From: an uncultured Pseudodesulfovibrio sp.
GTDB taxonomy: Bacteria; Desulfobacterota; Desulfovibrionia; Desulfovibrionales; Desulfovibrionaceae
DNA: 64,000 nt
Assembly (NCBI RefSeq): GCF_963664965.2
Contig: NZ_OY761823.1
Span: forward strand, 3,717,031 to 3,781,030
Reading direction: 5' to 3'
Part shown: positions 19,684 through 31,700 of the stretch, piece after piece
Numbering within the stretch: the stretch's first letter is position 1
Layout of the letters: every line of letters begins with the position of its first letter
Notes under the pieces: generated by a model
Seen by the model: only the letters and a program-made list of their open reading frames with translations
Database searches by the model: none
What the model was told of the DNA's origin: nothing
Position numbers and translations under genes: made by a program

Positions 19684-19748
19684 AATATACAAAAGCATAA
19701 AAAACAAATATCGCTCAAATTGCCGATAGTCTTTTGTAGGAGGAAGCT

Positions 19749-22700
19749 ATGGCTGAAAACGACACCACACAAGAACTGACAAGATTCCCCGTTTCCCTTC
19801 CGGGCGACGGACAGCTGAAGACGTACGAAGTTTCCGCAGACATGCTGGTCGTGTTTGATTTCGACGTAGCTGAAGCAATATTTTCCAGCAACGGCAACGA
19901 CCTCGTCATCACGGTAGAAGGCAAAGGAACAATAGTCTTTGAAGACTATCTGTTGCTGGCTCAAAATGACAATTTGCCGACCTTTGAACTGCTCGACGGT
20001 GAGCAGATCACCGGGGACGTCTATCTCTTTGCGTTCAATGAACTGGAAGAAGACGTTGAAACCGCAGCCGGTGCAGGAGCAGGCGGTGCTGGAGCCGGAG
20101 CATATATCGACGATCACGGCGACCTTTACCGCAGCCTGGACAGCTTGCAAGGCCAAGAAGATCCCAGCGAAGACGCAGATCAACAGTCAGCCAGATTCGG
20201 CACGCAGGAGTTCGCAAACACGGACTCCACGGCAGCAGTCAATACCGCCCCGAAGATCAACGGCGAACTGAATTTGGACATGAACGAAGACGGCACAATC
20301 GTCATCCGGGACACCCAGATCCTTGCCCTTGTGACCGATGAACCGGGTTCTTTCGTAGCCGTTACTTCGTTAACCGTTTCCGGAGGCACACTGACACAAA
20401 TCGCAGCGGGCACCTGGGCTTTCACTCCGGATCAGGATTTCAACGGTTCCCTTGATGTCACCTTCTCGGTCAGCGACCGGGAGTTCACCGTGAACGGCAC
20501 CGGCAGTATCGACGTCGCCGCTGTCAACGATGCTCCCGTGGCCACGGACGACACCGGCGCCGTTGTCGAAGATTTCACCATTTCCGGTACACTCGCCGAT
20601 CATGCTTCAGACGTGGACAACGAAGCTGGCGAACTCACCTATTCCATCGTCGGGGACACCCCCGCCGGGTTCGTACTGACTGACGCGAACGGCTCCTACA
20701 CGTTCGACGCCTCCTCCTACGACCATCTCTCCGAAGGTGAGACCGAAGACGTTACCCTTACATATCAGGTAACAGACCCGGACGGGGCATCACATACCGC
20801 AGAGTTGACCATCACGATTTCCGGCTCCGACGATCCGATCGTCATCTCCGCCGCAGACACCGATCCCGACACCATCAACGAGGACACTCCATTCATCTCC
20901 GGGCAACTCACCGCGACCGACGCGGACGCGGCCGACAACCCGGACTTCGACGTACAGGACATCCCCGGCAAGTATGGAACCCTGCACATTAACGAAAATG
21001 GTTCATGGACATACACAACAAACGAACTGGCCCAAGGGCTTGACGCCGACAATCCCGGCACCGAGAGCTTCACCGTCACGGCACGCAACGGCGACAGCCT
21101 GACCGATACCGAAACCTATGAAATAAACCTGTCCGTCACCGGCTCCGAGGACCCGATTCTCATTACCGGAGACATTCAGGCGACGGTTTCCGAGGACTAC
21201 GTTCCGACTACCGTCACAGGCACACTCATCGCGACCGACGCGGACACAGCCGACACCCCTGACTTCGACGTTCAGGACCTTCCTGGCGAGTATGGCACGC
21301 TGCATATCAATGCAGATGGAACATGGACATACACTCCGGATGAACGCGCTCAGGCACTCGACGGTTCCGAAACCGAACCGATAGTCGAGAACTTCACGGT
21401 AACCGCCCGCAACGGCGATTCAACCACGGAAATCCAGACCCAGAATATTCAAGTAACAGTTCTGGGCCAAAACGATGCGCCAGAACTGACTTTCTCCTCC
21501 GACTTCATCAACAACGGCAGCTTTGAAGATGCCGAAATATCATCCACCGGGTACGCTCAGGGGCACACGCCTGAAGGCTGGAACCTTGTCAGCGGCAGTC
21601 ACTGGGAAGTCATCGGTGGCGAACGAGGCAGCATAGGCGCTTCCGACGGGAACAACGTGCTTGATCTGGCCATTGGCAGGTCCGCTCCTGAAATATCACA
21701 GGAAATCACGCATCTGGAACCGGGCGAATACGTACTTTCGGTCGACATGTTCGACCGGGGCGGCCAGCATCCGTCCGATGGTTCGCCCAGCGGCGATATC
21801 ACCATCAAGTGGAACGGCGTGATTGTCGCAACGTTCAACCCCGACTCCGTGGACTGGGAAACCGGCACCGTCACTGTCACCGTCAACGAAGGCGAGACCA
21901 GCGGCACACTGTCATTCTCATCGACCGATACGGACCATTACGGCAACGTCATCGACAACATCTCGCTTCGTCCCGCGGCTGGGACCGAGCAGGCTGTCAT
22001 CAATGAAAATGCTGAAAACGGGTCATATGTCGCTACGGCAGTCGGTTCGGATGTGGACAGCACCGGGCTGACATACTCCATCGACGAGAACTCTCCGTTT
22101 GCTATAGACCCGAACACCGGCGTCATCACGATCAAGGACAACACGTCTCTTGATTTCGAAACCAACCCGACAATAACCCTCGACGTGACCGTGACTGACG
22201 GGAATACTCCCGTCACCAAGCCGCTGACCATTCATCTGCGCGACATCAATGAAGCCCCCACGGGTGACGATGTGACGTTCAGGCCTCTTTCCGAAGATGG
22301 TGAGGGAGTCCATCCCGGAACACTGATATTCACGGAAGAAGCCCTGCTCAACATGAGCAACGCGGCAGACGAAGAAGGCAACCCGCTGTCCATTGAGAAC
22401 CTCACCCTGGCTGATGGCCGGGGGACTCTGGTTGAAGGGACCGATGCCAACGGCAATCCGCAGTGGACCTTCACTCCTGAAGATAATTACAATGGCGAAG
22501 TCAGCTTCAACTTTGACATAAGCGACGGTGTAAACACCACTTCCCTGACCGCCAATGTCAACGTCGAAGCCGTTAACGACGGCCCGGTCCTTGAATTCTC
22601 CGCAACACAGTCTGCCAACCTCATTCAGGACGGCAGCTTTGAAAGCGTGGACATCGACCAGTACGACTGGGCTGACGGGTACTCCCCGGCGGACTGGACC

Positions 22701-25700
22701 AGTGAAAGCGGCACGCACTTTGAAGTCATGGACGGCCAGCGGCACGGACTCGAAGGCGCATCCGACGGCGAGAATGTCCTTGATATGGCAGTGGGACGCA
22801 CTCCCATGGTCGTTTCGCAGGAAGTCCCTGTGTCGGAAGGCCAGTATGTCATCTCGCTCGACATGTTTGACCGAGGCGAGAACTATGCCGGAGACGGCAC
22901 GGACAGCGGTGTACTGGACATTCTCTGGAACGGCGAAGTTGTTGCCACCTATAATCCGGGTTCCGACGACTGGGACACCGGCAGCATCCTCATCACAGTG
23001 GGTGCCGATGACCCGTCAACCGGCACATTGACCATTGTCTCCCACGACGGCGACCATTACGGCAACGTCATCGACAACATCACCATGCATGCGGTGGACA
23101 CCCCGGCCGACAACACCGTCACCATTGACGAGAACTCCGCAGGTGGCACTTTCATCGCATCGGCAGTCGGTTCTGACGTGGACAGTACAGATCTGGAATA
23201 TTCCATCAGTGAAGGCTCCCCCTTTGTCATCGACAAGGACACCGGCGTCATCCGCCTCGCCGATGATGCTTCCCTCGATTACGAGGCCTCTACTGAATAC
23301 ACAATCACAGTCACAGTCTCTGACGGTGACGGCGCAACAACGACCAAGGACCTCACCATCAAGGTAGGCGACGTCAACGAAGGACCGTCGCTCTCATTTG
23401 ATGAAGGCACTTCCGTGAACGTGGCAGAGAACACCGCGGCCGGAACCGTCATTGCCACCGCAGCAGGGACCGACCCCGATGCGGGCGACACCCTGACATA
23501 TTCCGTGGCAGACGACAGCCCGTTCGCCATTGATTCGGCTACCGGCGAAATCTCCATCAAGGACGCATCGGTCTTCGATTTCGAAGGAGACAGCATCCCC
23601 ACTTCGGTCGAAGTCACCGTGACCGACGCCGACGGACTCTCCACGTCCCAGACGCTCGACATCAACGTCACCAACGTCAACGAAGGACCGTCGCTCTCAT
23701 TTGATGAAGGCACTTCCGTGAACGTGGCAGAGAACACCGCGGCCGGAACCGTCATTGCCACCGCAGCAGGGACCGATCCCGACGCGGGCGATACCCTGAC
23801 CTATTCCGTGGCAGACGACAGCCCGTTCGCCATTGATTCGGCTACCGGTGAAATCTCCATCAAGGACGCATCGGTCTTCGATTTCGAAGGCGACAGCATC
23901 CCCACTTCGGTCGAGGTCACCGTGACCGACGCCGACGGACTCTCCACTTCCCAGACGCTCAACATCAACGTCACCGACGTCAACGAAGGTCCGTCACTTT
24001 CCTTCAATGAAGGCACTTCCGTGAACGTGGCCGAGAACACCGCGGCCGGGACCGTCATTGCCACCGCAGCAGGGACCGATCCCGATGCAGGCGACACACT
24101 GACCTATTCCGTGGCAGACGACAGCCCGTTCGCCATTGATTCGGCTACCGGTGAAATCTCCATCAAGGACGCATCGGTCTTCGATTTCGAAGGCGACAGC
24201 ATCCCCACTTCGGTCGAGGTCACCGTGACCGACGCCGACGGACTCTCCACTTCCCAGACGCTCAACATCAACGTCACCGACGTCAACGAAGGTCCGTCAC
24301 TTTCCTTCAATGAAGGCACTTCCGTGAACGTGGCCGAGAACACCGCGGCCGGGACCGTCATTGCCACCGCAGCAGGGACCGATCCCGATGCAGGCGACAC
24401 ACTGACCTATTCCGTGGCAGACGACAGCCCGTTCGCCATTGACCCGAACACCGGTGAAATCTCCATCAAGGACGCGTCCGTCTTCGATTTCGAAGGAGAC
24501 AGCATCCCCACTTCCGTCGAGGTCACCGTGACCGACGCCGACGGACTCTCCACGTCCCAGACGCTCGACATCAACGTCACCAACGTCAACGAAGGACCGT
24601 CGCTCTCATTTGATGAAGGCACTTCCGTGAACGTGGCAGAGAACACCGCGGCCGGAACCGTCATTGCCACCGCAGCAGGGACCGATCCCGACGCGGGCGA
24701 TACCCTGACCTATTCCGTGGCAGACGACAGCCCGTTCGCCATTGACCCGAACACCGGTGAAATCTCCATCAAGGACGCGTCCGTCTTCGATTTCGAAGGA
24801 GACAGCATCCCCACTTCCGTCGAGGTCACCGTGACCGACGCCGACGGACTCTCCACGTCCCAGACGCTCGACATCAACGTCACCAACGTCAACGAAGGAC
24901 CGTCGCTCTCATTTGATGAAGGCACTTCCGTGAACGTGGCTGAGAACACCGCGGCCGGGACCGTCATTGCCACCGCAGCCGGGACCGACCCCGATGCGGG
25001 CGACACACTGACATATTCCGTGGCAGACGACAGCCCGTTCGCCATTGATTCGGCTACCGGCGAAATCTCCATCAAGGACGCATCGGTCTTCGATTTCGAA
25101 GGCGACAGCATCCCCACTTCCGTCGAGGTCACCGTGACCGATGCGGACGGACTCTCCACCTCCCAGACGCTGGGCATCAACGTCACCAACGTCAACGAAG
25201 GACCGTCGCTCTCATTTGATGAAGGCACTTCCGTGAACGTGGCAGAGAACACCGCGGCCGGAACCGTCATTGCCACCGCAGCAGGGACCGATCCCGACGC
25301 GGGCGATACCCTGACCTATTCCGTGGCAGACGACAGCCCGTTCGCCATTGATTCGGCTACCGGTGAAATCTCCATCAAGGACGCATCGGTCTTCGATTTC
25401 GAAGGCGACAGCATCCCCACTTCGGTCGAGGTCACCGTGACCGACGCCGACGGACTCTCCACTTCCCAGACGCTCAACATCAACGTCACCGACGTCAACG
25501 AAGGTCCGTCACTTTCCTTCAATGAAGGCACTTCCGTGAACGTGGCCGAGAACACCGCGGCCGGGACCGTCATTGCCACCGCAGCAGGGACCGATCCCGA
25601 TGCAGGCGACACACTGACCTATTCCGTGGCAGACGACAGCCCGTTCGCCATTGACCCGAACACCGGTGAAATCTCCATCAAGGACGCGTCCGTCTTCGAT

Positions 25701-28700
25701 TTCGAAGGAGACAGCATCCCCACTTCCGTCGAGGTCACCGTGACCGACGCCGACGGACTCTCCACGTCCCAGACGCTCGACATCAACGTCACCAACGTCA
25801 ACGAAGGACCGTCGCTCTCATTTGATGAAGGCACTTCCGTGAACGTGGCCGAGAACACCGCGGCCGGAACCGTCATTGCCACCGCAGCCGGGACCGACCC
25901 CGATGCAGGCGACACACTGACCTACTCCGTGGCAGACGACAGCCCGTTCGCCATTGATTCGGCTACCGGCGAAATCTCCATCAAGGACGCGTCCGTCTTC
26001 GATTTCGAAGGCGACAGCATCCCCACTTCCGTCGAAGTCACCGTGACCGACGCCGACGGACTCTCCACGTCCCAGACGCTCGACATCAACGTCACCAACG
26101 TCAACGAAGGACCGTCGCTCTCATTTGATGAAGGCACTTCCGTGAACGTGGCTGAGAACACCGCGGCCGGAACCGTCATTGCCACCGCAGCCGGGACCGA
26201 CCCCGATGCGGGCGACACACTGACATATTCCGTGGCAGACGACAGCCCGTTCGCCATTGATTCGGCTACCGGTGAAATCTCCATCAAGGACGCGTCCGTC
26301 TTCGATTTCGAAGGAGACAGCATCCCCACTTCCGTCGAGGTCACCGTGACCGACGCCGACGGACTCTCCACGTCCCAGACGCTCGACATCAACGTCACCA
26401 ACGTCAACGAAGGACCGTCGCTCTCATTTGATGAAGGCACTTCCGTGAACGTGGCAGAGAACACCGCGGCCGGAACCGTCATTGCCACCGCAGCAGGGAC
26501 CGATCCCGACGCGGGCGATACCCTGACCTATTCCGTGGCAGACGACAGCCCGTTCGCCATTGACCCGAACACCGGTGAAATCTCCATCAAGGACGCGTCC
26601 GTCTTCGATTTCGAAGGAGACAGCATCCCCACTTCCGTCGAGGTCACCGTGACCGACGCCGACGGACTCTCCACGTCCCAGACGCTCGACATCAACGTCA
26701 CCAACGTCAACGAAGGACCGTCGCTCTCATTTGATGAAGGCACTTCCGTGAACGTGGCTGAGAACACCGCGGCCGGGACCGTCATTGCCACCGCAGCCGG
26801 GACCGACCCCGATGCGGGCGACACACTGACATATTCCGTGGCAGACGACAGCCCGTTCGCCATTGATTCGGCTACCGGCGAAATCTCCATCAAGGACGCA
26901 TCGGTCTTCGATTTCGAAGGCGACAGCATCCCCACTTCCGTCGAGGTCACCGTGACCGATGCGGACGGACTCTCCACCTCCCAGACGCTGGGCATCAACG
27001 TCACCAACGTCAACGAAGGACCGTCGCTCTCATTTGATGAAGGCACTTCCGTGAACGTGGCAGAGAACACCGCGGCCGGAACCGTCATTGCCACCGCAGC
27101 AGGGACCGATCCCGACGCGGGCGATACCCTGACCTATTCCGTGGCAGACGACAGCCCGTTCGCCATTGATTCGGCTACCGGTGAAATCTCCATCAAGGAC
27201 GCATCGGTCTTCGATTTCGAAGGCGACAGCATCCCCACTTCGGTCGAGGTCACCGTGACCGACGCCGACGGACTCTCCACTTCCCAGACGCTCAACATCA
27301 ACGTCACCGACGTCAACGAAGGTCCGTCACTTTCCTTCAATGAAGGCACTTCCGTGAACGTGGCCGAGAACACCGCGGCCGGGACCGTCATTGCCACCGC
27401 AGCAGGGACCGATCCCGATGCAGGCGACACACTGACCTATTCCGTGGCAGACGACAGCCCGTTCGCCATTGACCCGAACACCGGTGAAATCTCCATCAAG
27501 GACGCGTCCGTCTTCGATTTCGAAGGAGACAGCATCCCCACTTCCGTCGAGGTCACCGTGACCGACGCCGACGGACTCTCCACGTCCCAGACGCTCGACA
27601 TCAACGTCACCAACGTCAACGAAGGACCGTCGCTCTCATTTGATGAAGGCACTTCCGTGAACGTGGCTGAGAACACCGCGGCCGGAACCGTCATTGCCAC
27701 CGCAGCCGGGACCGACCCCGATGCAGGCGACACACTGACATATTCCGTGGCAGACGACAGCCCGTTCGCCATTGATTCGGCTACCGGTGAAATCTCCATC
27801 AAGGACGCATCGGTCTTCGATTTCGAAGGCGACAGCATCCCCACTTCGGTCGAAGTCACCGTGACCGACGCCGACGGACTCTCCACGTCCCAGACGCTCG
27901 ACATCAACGTCACCAACGTCAACGAAGGACCGTCGCTCTCATTTGATGAAGGCACTTCCGTGAACGTGGCAGAGAACACCGCGGCCGGAACCGTCATTGC
28001 CACCGCAGCAGGGACCGATCCCGACGCGGGCGATACCCTGACCTATTCCGTGGCAGACGACAGCCCGTTCGCCATTGATTCGGCTACCGGCGAAATCTCC
28101 ATCAAGGACGCATCGGTCTTCGATTTCGAAGGCGACAGCATCCCCACTTCGGTCGAAGTCACCGTGACCGACGCCGACGGACTCTCCACGTCCCAGACGC
28201 TCGACATCAACGTCACCAACGTCAACGAAGGACCGTCGCTCTCATTTGATGAGGGCACTTCCGTGAACGTGGCAGAGAACACCGCGGCCGGAACCGTCAT
28301 TGCCACCGCAGCAGGGACCGATCCCGACGCGGGCGATACCCTGACCTATTCCGTGGCAGACGACAGCCCGTTCGCCATTGATTCGGCTACCGGCGAAATC
28401 TCCATCAAGGACGCATCGGTCTTCGATTTCGAAGGCGACAGCATCCCCACTTCGGTCGAAGTCACCGTGACCGACGCCGACGGACTCTCCACGTCCCAGA
28501 CGCTCGACATCAACGTCACCAACGTCAACGAAGGACCGTCGCTCTCATTTGATGAAGGCACTTCCGTGAACGTGGCAGAGAACACCGCGGCCGGAACCGT
28601 CATTGCCACCGCAGCAGGGACCGATCCCGACGCGGGCGATACCCTGACCTATTCCGTGGCAGACGACAGCCCGTTCGCCATTGACCCGAACACCGGTGAA

Positions 28701-31700
28701 ATCTCCATCAAGGACGCGTCCGTCTTCGATTTCGAAGGAGACAGCATCCCCACTTCCGTCGAGGTCACCGTGACCGACGCCGACGGACTCTCCACGTCCC
28801 AGACGCTCGACATCAACGTCACCAACGTCAACGAAGGACCGTCGCTCTCATTTGATGAAGGCACTTCCGTGAACGTGGCTGAGAACACCGCGGCCGGAAC
28901 CGTCATTGCCACCGCAGCCGGGACCGACCCCGATGCGGGCGACACACTGACATATTCCGTGGCAGACGACAGCCCGTTCGCCATTGATTCGGCTACCGGT
29001 GAAATCTCCATCAAGGACGCGTCCGTCTTCGATTTCGAAGGAGACAGCATCCCCACTTCCGTCGAGGTCACCGTGACCGACGCCGACGGACTCTCCACGT
29101 CCCAGACGCTCGACATCAACGTCACCAACGTCAACGAAGGACCGTCGCTCTCATTTGATGAAGGCACTTCCGTGAACGTGGCAGAGAACACCGCGGCCGG
29201 AACCGTCATTGCCACCGCAGCAGGGACCGATCCCGACGCGGGCGATACCCTGACCTATTCCGTGGCAGACGACAGCCCGTTCGCCATTGACCCGAACACC
29301 GGTGAAATCTCCATCAAGGACGCGTCCGTCTTCGATTTCGAAGGAGACAGCATCCCCACTTCCGTCGAGGTCACCGTGACCGACGCCGACGGACTCTCCA
29401 CGTCCCAGACGCTCGACATCAACGTCACCAACGTCAACGAAGGACCGTCGCTCTCATTTGATGAAGGCACTTCCGTGAACGTGGCTGAGAACACCGCGGC
29501 CGGGACCGTCATTGCCACCGCAGCCGGGACCGACCCCGATGCGGGCGACACACTGACATATTCCGTGGCAGACGACAGCCCGTTCGCCATTGATTCGGCT
29601 ACCGGCGAAATCTCCATCAAGGACGCATCGGTCTTCGATTTCGAAGGCGACAGCATCCCCACTTCCGTCGAGGTCACCGTGACCGATGCGGACGGACTCT
29701 CCACCTCCCAGACGCTGGGCATCAACGTCACCAACGTCAACGAAGGACCGTCGCTCTCATTTGATGAAGGCACTTCCGTGAACGTGGCAGAGAACACCGC
29801 GGCCGGAACCGTCATTGCCACCGCAGCAGGGACCGATCCCGACGCAGGCGACACACTGACATATTCCGTGGCAGACGACAGCCCGTTCGCCATTGATTCG
29901 GCTACCGGTGAAATCTCCATCAAGGACGCATCGGTCTTCGATTTCGAAGGCGACAGCATCCCCACTTCGGTCGAAGTCACCGTGACCGACGCCGACGGAC
30001 TCTCCACGTCCCAGACGCTCGACATCAACGTCACCAACGTCAACGAAGGACCGTCGCTCTCATTTGATGAAGGCACTTCCGTGAACGTGGCAGAGAACAC
30101 CGCGGCCGGAACCGTCATTGCCACCGCAGCAGGGACCGATCCCGACGCGGGCGATACCCTGACCTATTCCGTGGCAGACGACAGCCCGTTCGCCATTGAT
30201 TCGGCTACCGGCGAAATCTCCATCAAGGACGCATCGGTCTTCGATTTCGAAGGCGACAGCATCCCCACTTCGGTCGAAGTCACCGTGACCGACGCCGACG
30301 GACTCTCCACGTCCCAGACGCTCGACATCAACGTCACCAACGTCAACGAAGGACCGTCGCTCTCATTTGATGAAGGCACTTCCGTGAACGTGGCAGAGAA
30401 CACCGCGGCCGGAACCGTCATTGCCACCGCAGCAGGGACCGATCCCGACGCGGGCGATACCCTGACCTATTCCGTGGCAGACGACAGCCCGTTCGCCATT
30501 GATTCGGCTACCGGCGAAATCTCCATCAAGGACGCATCGGTCTTCGATTTCGAAGGCGACAGCATCCCCACTTCGGTCGAAGTCACCGTGACCGACGCCG
30601 ACGGACTCTCCACGTCCCAGACGCTCGACATCAACGTCACCAACGTCAACGAAGGACCGTCGCTCTCATTTGATGAAGGCACTTCCGTGAACGTGGCAGA
30701 GAACACCGCGGCCGGAACCGTCATTGCCACCGCAGCAGGGACCGATCCCGACGCGGGCGATACCCTGACCTATTCCGTGGCAGACGACAGCCCGTTCGCC
30801 ATTGATTCGGCTACCGGCGAAATCTCCATCAAGGACGCATCGGTCTTCGATTTCGAAGGCGACAGCATCCCCACTTCGGTCGAAGTCACCGTGACCGACG
30901 CCGACGGACTCTCCACGTCCCAGACGCTCGACATCAACGTCACCAACGTCAACGAAGGACCGGTTGCCGTGGATGATGTCTTCGGCACCACAACCGTCGT
31001 TGATGGCGAAACCATCGACGTGACCACACCCGATTCCGGCGTCAACGTCACCACCGTCGTCAACGAATGGGCTGGCAACGGCGTCAACGTCTCGGCGCAC
31101 ACCGGCAACGGTCTGGACCCGGATACCTGGGAAGATGCGAACATCGGAACCAAGAACGTCTCCTTCAATGAAGGCGGGCAGCACTATGCATACTCCGGCA
31201 TCGCGGCCAGCGCCTCAGGCCAGATCGACGGCGGCGAAACCGACACTCTCGACGGCAGCGAAACCACGGACACCGAAATCATGTCGGTCTCCTTTGACAA
31301 GCCCATGGAAACGGTCACTCTGGAACTCTCCGCCCTGTTTGACGGACTCGAAGAATCGCCGAACGACGGCGTGGACAATCGAGGCCCGTACGACAGCGGT
31401 TATGTGGAAATGGCCCGTGTTGCGGTCTATGACACTGACGGTGTCCTGCTCGGCTATGTGGATGTATCCGGAACGAACAACGGTCTGGCGACCGTCACCA
31501 TTGATGCCGCAGATTACGGCCTGCCCATCGGCAGCGTTGCGGTCATGCCGCTCGACGACGGCGCGGGTGACAGCGGAAACAACTCCGACTTCCTGCTCCG
31601 CAGCGTGAGCGGCGAGGCTGTGGACGAAGTGACCGGCACCTATCTTGAGGACCAGCCGATCGAACTCACCGCAAACGACCTGCTCACCCATGCCAACGCG

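Noticed and set aside
19554-20183. 209-aa minus-strand ORF overlapping the adhesin promoter and 5' end
   Set aside because: It overlaps the strongly supported adhesin start and RBS. The rest is AT-rich leader sequence with odd composition and no RBS.
23376-30950. Strictly periodic repeats that might suggest a CRISPR array
   Set aside because: The period is 303 bp with no unique spacers. The units are contiguous and in-frame inside a protein-coding gene, so this is a coding tandem repeat, not a CRISPR array.
23279-31184. Ladder of minus-strand ORFs (87-289 aa, MAMTVPAAVFSATFTEVPSS... / MSPASGSVPAAVAMTV...) repeating every 303 nt
   Set aside because: They lie antisense to the uninterrupted 5,149-aa adhesin ORF and simply mirror its tandem repeats. 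Their composition is low-complexity Ser/Thr/Val/Ala, they have no RBS, and their boundaries track the repeat variants. They are shadow ORFs.
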